Source: Octopus vulgaris (lineage: Eukaryota). Taken from it: a stretch of DNA of 64,000 nt. Under the pieces are notes generated by a model. It ran no database searches. It worked only from the letters and a program-made list of their open reading frames with translations, and was not told where the DNA came from. The position numbers were made by a program, and so were the translations under genes. Location of the stretch: the NCBI GenBank assembly GCA_951406725.2, contig OX597816.1, forward strand, positions 162,564,001-162,628,000, given 5' to 3'. Shown piece after piece: positions 52,405 to 64,000 of the stretch; positions within the stretch are counted from its first letter, which is position 1; each line of letters opens with the position of its first letter.

Positions 52405-52815
52405 GGTGTAACTGTGTGGTAAGTAGCTAGCTTACCAACCACATGGTTCTGGGATTAGTCCTACTGCGTGGCACCTTATGCAGGTGTCTTCTAGTACAGA
52501 CTCGGGCCGATCAAAACCTTTTGAGTGCATTTGGTAGACGGAAACTGAAAGAAGCTCGTTGTATATATATACATATATATATATATGTATATGTATATGT
52601 ATATGTGTGTGTATGTTTGTGTGTCTGTGTTTGCCCCCCAACCATCGCTTGACAACCGATGCTGGTGTGTTTACGTCCCCGTAACCTAACGGTTCGGCAA
52701 AACAGAAGGAAAGAATAAGTGACAGGCTTACAAAGAATAAGTCCTGGGGTCGATTTGTTCGACTGAAGGCGGTGCACCAGCATGGCCACAGTCAAATAAA
52801 ACAAATAAAAGAATA
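52405..52815 (+). mobile_element. SINE family A, diverged full length
   Basis: Head, central microsatellite and tail are all present. Confidence 0.88.
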
Positions 52816-53504
52816 ACAGAAGGAGGAGAAAAAAGAAGGGATTTATGGGGCACGTGATCAACGATCGAATGCCAGCTTATCAACATATTTGAAGAGTCTT
52901 AAAGAATTTCTCTAAAACATATTTGTAAATTTATGCAGACGATATATATGCCGGTTCATTGATTTAAAACTACTTAAAATATTATTAAAAAATGAAACTA
53001 ATTTAGAGTTATTAAAGATAATTTAAATAATTAATATGCTTAAATTTTCAACATAAAGTTTAAAATGTAATTTAATGCTATTTAAAATTATTAAAATGTC
53101 TTAGGGAAAAAAAAAACATTATTTATTTTCGACTGTGTAAATTGATTGATCAACAACGCTATTAGATAATATGGAAGCCTTTAAAGATATGATGAAAATT
53201 ACTTATGAGAGAAACATTTATAGTTTAATGGTATAAGGAAAATTTTAAAAAAGCAGAACGGGTGAAGGGCAAATAATTGAAATTAAACTGCATCTAGAAA
53301 TAAAATTGAAGTTGCTAGGTAACATAATGTGAATGTGAAAGATATAGAAGTAGGATAAAAATAGATTAGGGTGGTGGTAGTGGTGATGACGATGGAGAAT
53401 ATGATGGTGCTGATGGTGGTGTTGGTTAAAATGGCAGCCGATTTTCCGAATGAAACCAAGAAAACTATTTTTCTGTCGTTTTTTTTTTTAAATTACTGAG
53501 ACAC

Positions 53505-53933
53505 TTTTACTCTTTTACTCTTTTACTTGTTTCAGTCATGTGCCTACAGCCATGCTGGAGCACCGCCTTTACTCGATCGAGCAAATCAACCCCAGGACTT
53601 ATTCTTTGTGAGCCCAGTACTTATTCCATCGGTCTCTTTTGCCGAACTGCTAAGTTACGGGGACGTAAACACACCAACATTGGTTGTCAAGTGATGTTGG
53701 GCGGGGTTGGGGTTGCAAACACTGACACACAAACATATACACATGCATAATTATATATATACATATATACGATGGTCTTCTTTCAGTTTCCGCCTACCAA
53801 ATCCACTCACAAGTCTTTGGCCGGCCCGAGGCTATAGTAGAAGACACTTGCCCAAGGTGCCACGCAGTGGGACTGAATCAGGAACCATGTGGCTGGTAAG
53901 CAAGCTACTTACCACACAGCCACTCCTACGCCT
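53505..53933 (-). mobile_element. SINE family A, full length
   Basis: (tactcttt)n tail through to the cagccactcctacgcct head; abuts (AAT)n at 53935-54132. Confidence 0.9.
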
Positions 53934-54000
53934 ATTAATGATGATGATAATAATAATAATAATAATAATAACAATAATAATAATAATAATAATAATAATG

Positions 54001-54125
<125 letters not shown>

Positions 54126-54396
54126 AATAATAGTAAAGGTTTCAAATTTTGGGCTCAAGACCCACAATTTTGGGGAGGGGACTACGTTGATCCCCATTGC
54201 TCGACTGATGCCTATTTTATCGATCCTGAAATGAGGAAACTTAAAGTCAACCTCGGTGGAATAATGATAATAATATTAATAATAATTTCAAACTTTTCCA
54301 ACAAAGCCATTTAGGGTGGGGGCGTATAAATCGATCGCATCAAAACCCAGTGTTTCACTGGTACTTAATTTATCGACCCCGAAAAGTAAAAGCTTG

Positions 54397-54715
54397 CTAA
54401 GAGGTCGCACAACAAGTTTGGCATGTAAGCGTAAAGCACGTAAAGATGACCATGCAAACCAGGCGATTAACAGCTCCTGCAGCTAGCCATTGCTTCCGTA
54501 TTCGAAAGGCTGTTATCGGCCTTTTGCAGAGTTCCGCCTCTGACGCCGAAAGCCGCAGCAGCCCGTCGAAGTAAGACCTGAAATCCACCCTGCGACCCGG
54601 CTCACTGCTGCTCCCGAACGGTTGAGTGAATCGCCGCTAAAATGCCGCACACATCTATTTCGATCAGTTATCATTTGCCCTTCGTGGTCCGACAGCTTCT
54701 TGACTGGCTCTGTCT
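54397..54715 (-). mobile_element. Tx1/L1-clade LINE fragment (region upstream of RT)
   Basis: LLRLSASEAELCKRPITA/IRKQ.../SPGLHGHLYVLYAYMPNLLCDLL resembles the L..EAE.C..PIT..EI...KSPG.DG motif. Confidence 0.6.
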
Positions 54716-54721
54716 TTACTC

Positions 54722-55800
54722 TAATAATAGGTGTTGTTAGGTGGACAAAGAACGAGTTTGAGGAATTGGATAGGAAAACTTGAAAAATGATGATAATTAA
54801 CAAGGAACTACACCCCAAAAGTGATGCTGACAGACTGTATGTGCCTAGAAACAGGGGCAGAAGAGGTCTTATAGGATGCAAGATCTGTGTTCTTAATGAG
54901 AAGAACAGTCTGGGATGGTACATCAAACAGCAGAGTGAATCCTTGCTTGCCGCTGTTAGAATTAATATAATACCTACCGAAAATGTGATGCACCCACAAA
55001 CATTTAAGAAAAAAGATGAAGAAGAAAGAGTAAACATCTGAAAAATGAAACTACTGCATGGGTAATAACTCAGAGAAATCAAAGGAAAAGACAAGATCAA
55101 CACTTGGAGATGGCTAAGAAGACGTGATCTGATATACAGCGCCCAGGAACAAGCTCTGAGAACTACTAACACCAAATTACAAATAGATAAAAAATAGCGA
55201 TTCGCCCCTTTGTAGAATGTATGGTAGCAGAAACGAAACAATCGCACATGTTGTGAGTACGTGTTGCATGCTGGTCCAAAAGTATTGCAAAAGAAGGAAC
55301 GACAACGTGGCTAAGTTCGTCTACTGGAGGCTATGTGAAATGTACGGCCTGAACAGAGCACGGAAATGGTACGAACATAAACCAGAAGGTGTCACTAAGA
55401 ACAAAGAACATAAGATACTGTGGGATTTAACAATTCAATGTGAATCCTTAATTGAGGCTCGGAGACCAGATATTGTTGTGGCAGATAAAGGGAAAAAAAG
55501 GAAACCAGGATCATGTGACAAAACACTAGAAAAGATAACTAAAATTGCAAGAATGTGGGCTGAGGAAAGTGTCTGTCATTCCAGTAGTTGTAGGGACACT
55601 CGGAACACTGGCAACCAAGTTCGAGAAATATGTCTAAGGAATCGAAATTGGCATGAGAGCAGAGCAAGCGCCAAAAACTGTTCTGCTGGGGACAGCTAGG
55701 ATTTTGAGATTGGTAATTGGATGTTGAATGTCTCCCACGATAAATAGCAACCAAATATCAAAGCTTATAATGTGCAGAAAGAGACACTGTGAGACCTCTG
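54722..55800 (+). mobile_element. R4/Dong-like non-LTR element, 3' fragment (post-RT region, decayed CCHC, RLE)
   Basis: LHPKSDADRLYVPRNRGRRGL, AQEQALRT, ETIAHVVSTC, RRNDNVAK, ILWD..IQC...IEARRPDIV, VIPVVVGTLG and LLGTARILR, with stops and frameshifts. Confidence 0.88.
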
Positions 55801-56600
55801 ACAGCAGGCTGTTGTCTGCTCTCACAGAATCTACCAGAACAAACAAGATCGAACGTTCTGAAAAGTAAAACAGTGATAATAAAAATCTTTTCTTGTCTTT
55901 CAATTTCTCCTCTCCCTCTATGTCACTCCTTCGTGTTCCCTCTTTTACGGTACGTCGCCAAATCCACGGTTGCTGGTAATATTGATGTTGCAAGCATTCT
56001 TGTCCCTTTTGCAAATATCCTTTTTAAAGGAAAGTAAAAGGTCACTAAATACTTGCCATTACTCCGAAAGAGTAATATCTGGGGAATAGGGAGGGTGGGG
56101 CTAGGGTTAGCTGCAGCAATTTTTGTCTGGTTCCCAAATCATCAAGTACCGAAAATGAACTTTCTCATCTTTTATTTTAAAGGGTTACAGAATTAACACA
56201 GGTTATAGGAACATAAACCTTCTTCCACGAAAAGATAGCTTAAAGTGTGCTCTAAATGGAAGTGTAGTCAAATCCTATTTTATGGACTCGAACATATTCT
56301 AAAATAAGTCGAAAGATAAGCTACTATAAATCGGCACGAACTTTCCGGACAACCCAATATTTCTAAATTTTTATCATGAAACAATTAATATAAATATGTG
56401 GATATTCGTATGGAATAATACCTCTTGTGCTACATCTGAATTTTCTTGTCTTAATGTTTTAAGACAAATATCCGAAATTTTTATCGTATACCACATTTTA
56501 TTAATACTTAGCTCATGTACGGAGAGAAAAATGTTGTACTATATACTGCAGGTTATCTCCATTTAAATTCTCGTATTATATACATTATATATAATATACA

Positions 56601-57145
56601 CACTGGCGAAAATAAATTTAAGACATGATAAAAGTTTTTTTTCTTACAAAATATTCTGTTACTAGTCCTTTGCCGATCTTTATATTGACCAGTCTCCGAT
56701 TATAACTTGCACGCAAGCCGGTTTACTGCACTTTAGTTGCTTGCTGATGTTCGAAAAGGAAATTTTTTGCTGTAATATACGATTTTTGCTCTCGTGACTG
56801 GACTAAGGCTACGTTGTTTTCCCATTATTAATAAATTGTATAATAACATTGAATTATAACTTTATATGGAGCATTTAGGCTCGTTGTGTGACCACCCATT
56901 TTGGCCAAAAAAATTGCATATATATTACATGCTCTTAAACTAATTTTGCCGGTAAATTTGAAACGTTTATATTTAGCATTAGAATCCTTCAAGTTGTATA
57001 AAAATAGTTATTGTCTGCATCATTCGAAAGAAATAAATTTTGCATAAGGTGTAAAAGATAAAAATAATTTGTATGGTATTGGTAACAAAATATTTTGTAA
57101 GAAATAGAACTTTTATCGTCGGTCTAAAATATATTTTTGCCAGTG
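56601..57145. mobile_element. Tc1-like MITE
   Basis: TIRs cactggcgaaaataaatttaagac-atgataaaagtt / aacttttatcgtcggtctaaaatatatttttgccagtg; TA-rich flanks; no ORF. Confidence 0.75.
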
Positions 57146-57228
57146 TATATATCTCGGGTCATCCCATAAGTTCTGTCAGAATTTTGGATAAAGAATACAA
57201 GTGATCAAATGTTATATTTAATTGAAAT

Positions 57229-58226
57229 TTAATCATCAATGTACTTTCCCTGATTATCTGACTTACTTCCATCTATTTTCAAACTTTTTAATCCCATCAA
57301 TGTAAACTCTTTTGGTTTCAAAGCGAAGAACTCTGAAATGTCAGGTTCGACCTCCTCCTGGCTTGCGAAAGTTGTGTCCCCTTATAATTCTGTAAACTAT
57401 GAAACAAATGGTATCCTGAAGGAGTAAGGTCGGGATGAAGAAGTTGGATGAAGAAATTTTTCCAAACCGACCTCTTCGATCTTCTGTGATATGATCTTTG
57501 CAGTGTGGGGTTGCGCATTGTTCTGATGAAACATCACTTGTTTTCGACTCACTAAAGCGGCTCTTTTTTCCTTCAAAGCTTGGTTCAAACGCTCTAAGTG
57601 CTGGCAGTAGACTTGAGAATTGATTGTTGCATTAGGTGGTAACACTATAAAGTGAATTACGCCTTTGCAATCGCACCAGATAGAGAGTAGAATCTTTTAC
57701 CCATGAAGTTCCCTTCTCGGTTGTGGTTGAGCATTTTCCCTTTTACCAATCCACTGTTTACGACGTTTAACATTTCGATAGAAAATCCATTTTTCGTCAC
57801 AATTCTATCGAAAAAGGGGGAAATGAGTTTGCGAGAATGGAGAGAAGAGCAGATGTCAACTCGGGATTTGCGGTTGCTTTCGGACAATACATGAGGCACC
57901 TATTTTCCAAGTTTAGTAATCTTTCCACGTTGTTGAAGATGACGATGAACTGTTGTATTGTTTGAAGTAAGCTTTATTGCCAATTCTTCAACTGATAATG
58001 ACGGATGTTCTTCAAGTAATGCCTCAAGGAGCTTATCATCAAACTCAACTGGATGTCCTATTCGATATTCATCTTCAATTGTGCAAACGATCTCCTGGAA
58101 GTTCTTTCATTGAAGCACTTTCCCCATAAACTGAGTGTATGTTTCGAGTCACTTCGGCTGCAGAGTTACCTTTATTGTAATCATAAAGAATTATATGTGC
58201 CTTAAATGCTCCTTGGATACTACCAT
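57229..58226 (-). pseudogene. Mariner transposase pseudogene
   Basis: MVVSKEHLRHI, PHVLSE, FFDRIVT, TINSQVYCQHLERL, HQNNAQPHTA, PDLTPSGYHLF and GKYIDD*, with several frameshifts. Confidence 0.9.
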
Positions 58227-58255
58227 GTTGAAAGGGTTTTAATCAAAGCAATTTT

Positions 58256-59585
58256 AGGGTGTCCACGAAGTCTGGGTACATGGAATCAAATCATAACATA
58301 AACTAATATAAGAAATAATAATTTTCCTTTTTTACTTTTGTTTAAATTAAATTTAAAAAATACTTTACTTTTCTAAATTTATTTGTTATTTTTTCTACAG
58401 ATGATCGAATGATGGCTCCGTCTAAAGAAGAAAGAATACCAGATCGAATGATGGATCTGTCTAAAGAAGAAAGAATCGAGTTAGTATTATTAAGTGGACG
58501 AGAGGGATGGTCTTATCGCAAAATTGCAGAAGAATTTAATCTTCGACACCCTTATAGGCAACCTATTTTTTTTACTGCCGTCGGGAAATTGATCAAGAAA
58601 TTTAAAGAAACAAGCAGTGTTTTGGATAAACCCCGTTCCGGGCGACCAAAGACTTCAGATGAAACGAAAAGGGCTGCCATGGCTAAAGTTTCTGCTAGCC
58701 CAAAGAAATCACTTCGTCGGACATCCACGGTATTAGGTGTTCCAAAACAACCCATCCACAAAATGTTGGTTGAGAAAAAGCTTCATCGATAGAACCTACA
58801 GATATTGCGTCACTTAAATGAAGACGACCCTGATAGACGAATCTAGACGTGCGAATGGTTTTCAGATAAATTGGATGAAAGTATCAATTTTACGAAAAAC
58901 TTTGTTGTTCAATGACAAAGCTACGTTTTATGTACATGGTGAGGTCAACAGATAGAATCTTCTATACTGGTCTCAAGGTAATCCACGTTGGATGGATCCA
59001 CCCAAACAGCAAGGCAGCAAAAAGGTGATGGTATGGTGTGGTTTGTGGAAAGCTCGTGTTCTAGGACCCTTCTTCATTGATCATGTAACGGATGAAACTT
59101 ATATAAACACATTGAGAGACAAATTAATATCTCAAATTGAGCGCCTAGGCGAGGGCCTTCCGAATTAGTTTCAGTAGGATGGGGCCCCTACCCATTTTGC
59201 CACAACTGTTAGAGATTGGTTTAATGATACTTTTCCTCACTGGATTGGAAGGAGGGGTCAATGTGGAAAGGTCCCCTCGCTCACCAGACCTTTCTCCCCT
59301 TGATTTCTTTTTCTGGGGTATGTTGAAAGAGAAAGTTTATTCAATATAGATTACAGATTTAAAACAAATGAGAGAACGCATTACCAGCCAGTGTGCTGAA
59401 ATTGATGGCAATGTAGACTTATTTAATCAAGTTCGTCTGAATTTTGCAAGGCGCATCAAGTTAAGCATTGAAAATGATGGAAATCACCTTGAAAATATTA
59501 TTTATTAACATTATAATTAAATAAAATTGTTTTGTTTTAAAAGTATGTGTTAATCCCCATGTATGCAGACTTTGTAGACCCCCTC
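58256..59585 (+). mobile_element. rosa-type (DD40/41D) Tc1/mariner transposon, full length, nested in the mariner 5' UTR
   Basis: TIRs agggtgtccacgaagtctgggtacatgg / ccatgtatgcagactttgtagaccccct. Pseudogene at about 58409-59508: SGRPKT, FNDKATF, VMVWCG, FQ*DGAPTH, WIGRRG and SPDLSPLDFFFWG. Confidence 0.9.
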
Positions 59586-60379
59586 TATTATTTTTTAAAA
59601 CAATATTGAATTAGTTTAATCGTACACAAATGCATAAAAATAAGTTTTAATTGAATTAGACATTTGAAAATACTATTAAATTCCATTGAAATCTAAAATA
59701 AGGTAAAATTGGACAGAACTGGTTGGATGACTTGATATTTATAATCTATGATATTCTAGTAGGTTTCAAGTTTATAACACCTTGATATTTCATGTTATCT
59801 CATTTTATATGCCTAAGACGTTTATTTTCTATTCTGGTTTTTATATATTTCTATACATTATATTTGTATCTATAATTCATTTTAAGCCAAAACATAATAC
59901 GATCCTTGTACGAACGAAAGAATAAGAATGTTCTCTGGAACTTTTATCTTCCACCGGTGTTTGTAATCGCTGGTGACATGTACGATGATTTTGCGACTAT
60001 CTTATATTTTACAGAGAAATTGGAAGCTCGGAATGTAAGCCATCTCTTTATGCATAATATAATATTTATAGTCTCTATTTCTAACTGAAATTCTGTCCTC
60101 AATAATTATTGATCTCTATTTCTGAATGTAATTCTTTTTCTTCTCGTTCAGCTTACAACTATATAAGACGCATTTTTCTCCAGCGTTCACCACTTCACCT
60201 CGTTAGGGTTAAACAGCCCTTACCGAATGTTTTCACTGTCCTATATTTGTTAGCAGCTTTGACGTTCCATGTATCTCAAATTTTATTTAATTTGCTTTGG
60301 GGGAGCAATTGCTTTGACGAAGACGCATCATGTTGCAATGCGGAGTAGGTAAATCTGCATTATAGTTCTCTATTTATAA

Positions 60380-60730
60380 TGGAAATTAACCCGACCCAAC
60401 CCGACCCGGCCGGACCCTGTACAGTCGCCCCAATGGCACCCAGAGCTTTGCCCATGACACTCCATGGACCCTAAGTAAGGCATATGTAAAATTTGAATGA
60501 AATTGGTTGTGTAGTTCTCACGTTTTAGGGATTCACACAGACAGACAGGCACTTGTTCTAAGTTTTATTTATATAGATATTTGTATGTTTATATAAATGC
60601 ACATACATACATGCATATAAAAATATACATATATGTATACAAGTATACATCTGCGTGTTCAGTTATGTGCATGAATGCAAATATATAAGGTAACATAAGG
60701 TACTAGCTGAGTTACCCGGCGTTGCCCGAG
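60380..60730 (-). mobile_element. Helitron-like termini (a 5' end near 60578 and a separate 3' hairpin-CTAG end at 60703-60730)
   Basis: Minus strand a|tctatataaataaaac...ctgtctgtctgtg, and ctcgggcaacgccgggtaactcagCTAG|T. Confidence 0.6.
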
Positions 60731-61824
60731 TTACATACAATTGAAGAATTCGACTTTTCTGTTATATTTTCTGTAATGAACTGAAATATCTGTTTCGAAT
60801 TTCATCAAAATTGCAGATGAGGGTTATTTACCCTCTTTACACACCCTAAAAAAATTGTAGCCGTGCCACATTTATCCCATACTACTGATTTTTATGCGCA
60901 TATTGCAAAATTCCAGTCTTATTGAACCTGTTAAAAAGATTTTGCACCTGAAAAATGAAGGTCATGGAGCTCTAAAATGTGAGAGTGAAGGGTCCTGTTA
61001 GAGGTAAGCATCCTAATGTCAACCAGAGAAGTTGAATTGTTGAAAATCTTTTTTACTTGGGTCTTATATCTATTGTTTGAATTTCTTTGAAATAGGAAAT
61101 ATATGTTCGCTGGGTTTGTAAAAGAGAGCAAAGCTACAGGAAACCAAAAGACAAATTATCACAATAAGCAGTCATCTACAGCACCCTAGACGTTACCACT
61201 CCCTAGGTAGTATTCTTCACCATGCAGGTGACATGCACAGCCGTAAGATGCATTACGAGTCTATAGCAATTGGAAGGGCGTGACCCAACTGAAATAAACA
61301 ATAACAACAGTGTGACGTGAGGGCTAAGGAGAAATGAAAGTTGGAGTGGGGGGAAACATTAATTGCTGGCAAGATGCCGAAAAGTGTAACTTCGTTTGGC
61401 GAAGAATCGTCAACCAACAGGGAGGCAAAAAAAGATCGGAGGTTTAATATTTAGCGATATTTCGGATTCTTCTGAAAATGAATTTCCCCAATATGTACTT
61501 CTGAAAAGAGGAACATTGACGTGAAAAGCCTTCAAACAGAAGAAATTAAACAAAAAAGAATTTTTGCGTCAGCGGCTGGAGGTGGAACCCGCCAGCTGTC
61601 GACAAACAAAAATGACCTGATAAAGTACAAAGATATGATAATTGAAGATATAATTGCACGGGCGCGAAAGCTACGTTGTTATGCTCATTCCGTAAACGGT
61701 GGCTTTTTAACGGGTGGAGAGCTGAACCATCCTGAAGTACAGAGGATTCGCAATCTAGACTAGGGTCTGAAAGTTTACCACATCATAGTGAGTTACACCA
61801 TGGTTCCTCTGCTTTATGGCAGAA

Positions 61825-62015
61825 ATAGGAAAAAAGAGTGAGAGAAAGTTGTGGTGAAAGAGTACAGCGGGGTTCACCCCCACCATCCGCCAGAGCCTCG
61901 TGGAGCTTAGGTGTTTTTGCTCAATAAACACTTACAATGCCCGGTCTGGGAATCGAAACCGCGTTCTTACGACAGCAAGTCCGCTGCCCTAACCACTAGA
62001 CCATTGCACCTCCAC
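61825..62015 (-). mobile_element. SINE family C, 5' part
   Basis: Reverse complement matches the head and body of the 48778 copy. Confidence 0.8.
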
Positions 62016-63145
62016 TCTGTTCAAATGTTTGCTTGTTGCAAATACAATATTCCCATGAAAATCACTGCAGTGATCACCAACCGTTACCGTGTAGTATATA
62101 AAATCTTAAAAGTTAATGACCAATGTATAAAGCGCAAAGGAATCATATGCAAGCACACACATACGCCCACTCACACATACATACACAGACACACACATAC
62201 AAATACATACACGCACACACTTCATTAAGACGTTGACATCGCAGATAAGTATACATAATTTCCAATTCCCTCAAGTATAGGGGGAGAAAAACTTAGGAAA
62301 GCGATGAAACTAAGAGCAAAAATAAAATTTTGAAAACATCCCTGCCATCGAAATAAAAAAAAATAAGGAAAGAATAAAATAAAATTAAGAAAAACGAGTG
62401 AAAAGAATATTTATTATTATTTTTATTTCTATTTATTTGTTTTTTAAAAAATAGTATCATTTTCAGTTTAGAAAGAGAAAAAATTGTAAGTGGCGCAAAA
62501 AAATGGAATTTAAGAAAATCAGAAAAAAATTTAACTGAAAAAAAAATATCAAATTAAAACAAAAGTGCAGATCTTGAAAAGAATAGGTTAGCAGAAAGAA
62601 AACTTATGTTGTAGAATTCCAAAATAAGGAATATATTTAATAAAGACAGAGTGAAAGCGAAGATGGTATTGAGAGTTTTAAAAGTAAAGAACTACAAATA
62701 TTCATGAGGTGAATTAAAAAGGAAAAAAAAAAAGAGAGAAAAAAAATATCATAAAAATTCACGGAAACATTGCAGGGTTGACGAATACGTAAATACGAAT
62801 TTCGGCGCCATTTTCTTCCCTGATGTATAAATGAGTTTGTATGTATTGAGAATATGTTCTTGTGTACGAGCATGCATGCATACGTAATGTGCAAGTGTAT
62901 ATATTTAAATAATAAATAAAATATAAATCAGGAAAAGCACAATAAGATATAGCCTGTAATCTTTCAAATGAATTGGTGAAAATGCAGGAAAAAAAATTGG
63001 TTTTTTAAAAAGGGGGGAATTAAAGAATTGAAATGGGAATAAAATTTTGAATACGAAATATGAACCAGAATTTCAATTCTAACCAATATCTTTATTACCT
63101 TTCAATTCGACATCTTTATCAAGGAACCAAGTTCTTATACGCACG

Positions 63146-63181
<36 letters not shown>

Positions 63182-63544
63182 CTTTATTTTAAAGGCTTGT
63201 ATTGCAAATTTCTCTTGCGTTTCTCCTTCGGGTAATATATAATAATAACCTAAAGCTATTTTACTACTCTTGTAAGAAGCTATATATCCACAACTTCTGT
63301 TGCTCTCTGTCTTTGCGCTCTTAACTCATTATACATCGTCCTGCCTTCCTCTTTTTTCTCTCCCTCTTTCTTCCTTTCTCCCGCGCTCGTCTAGAATAAT
63401 ACATACTGTATATCTCATTCTTATTAGACAGTTGGACTAGGATGTTGTATCACCTAGCGACTACAGACTTCTCTGTATCCTATTAATTATAAAAACGTAC
63501 ACTTATATGGAAACCAGGAAAAGGAATGCGTGCGACTGTGTATA

Positions 63545-63935
63545 ATAACCTAGCGGTTATGGTGTTGCACTCACGATCACAAGGTTGTAGTTTCGATTCC
63601 TAGATCGAGCGGTTCGTTATGTTCTTGAGCAAGACACTTTCTTTCACGTTTTTCCAATTCCTTAACCTATAAATAGGGGCAAGTGATGTAGTCCAATCCT
63701 AATATTCTAAGTTCGATCTGCGACTACTTCGACATCTGACGTGGGGTTCATCGTGCTCCTCTACAAGCAAGGTCGATTTGAGGGAGGGAGTGAGCTAACA
63801 CAAAGCGCGTGCACAGACAGACTGACTGACTGACTGACACACGCACACGCACTGTTGACAACTAAAGACATCGCTTGTGCAAGCTGATCACCAATAAGTT
63901 GCAGAACCCTCATCTATCGTTTACGACAGGAGACG
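63545..63935 (+). mobile_element. Diverged CORE-like SINE related to family D
   Basis: tagcggttatggtgttgcactcacgatc...gtttcgattcc...cttgagcaagacactttctttcacg head; tail gaaccctcatctatcgtttacgacaggag. Confidence 0.65.
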
Positions 63936-63939
63936 CCAA

Positions 63940-64000
<61 letters not shown>

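Larger units (their letters stand above)
57154..59735 (-). mobile_element. Mariner (DD34D-type) DNA transposon, interrupted by a nested element
   Basis: TIRs tcgggtcatcccataagttctgtcagaatttt / aaaattggacagaactggttggatgacttga|ta. Confidence 0.85.

Noticed and set aside
56081-56110. G-quadruplex or telomere-like ggggaatagggagggtggggctagggttag
   Set aside because: A single short motif, not a TTAGGG array, with no supporting context.
60931-61763. Two non-repetitive short ORFs (66 aa on -, 80 aa on +)
   Set aside because: No recognisable motifs, non-ATG starts, and lengths compatible with chance.

Overview
AT-rich, repeat-dominated eukaryotic DNA, probably intergenic or intronic, with no intact host protein-coding gene I can support. 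The SINE families and the extreme microsatellite density suggest a cephalopod, Octopus-like genome (inference). Nearly all ORFs in the supplied track are artefacts of microsatellites or SINEs. The real content is mobile-element debris: at least four tRNA-derived SINE types, LINE fragments (CR1, RTE, Tx1/L1, R4/Dong-like), a Penelope-like retroelement (RT plus GIY-YIG), Tc1/mariner elements (a DD34D mariner carrying a nested rosa-type DD40/41D element), MITEs, a Chapaev3-like fragment and non-autonomous Helitrons. The most interesting signal is a set of minimal type-I hammerhead-ribozyme-like motifs with palindromic stem III, scattered in short non-coding units, several with an inverted partial copy of their own 3' end. 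Two unrelated loci (7633-7669 + and 25314-25348 -) share the non-canonical core AUGAAUA, an apparent A3-U8 compensatory replacement of the C3-G8 pair. Also visible are the likely CR1 partner of the dominant SINE (shared 3' stem-loop with compensatory changes) and a fold-back duplication with arms of about 0.5 kb. All calls were made by eye; coordinates of degenerate elements are approximate.
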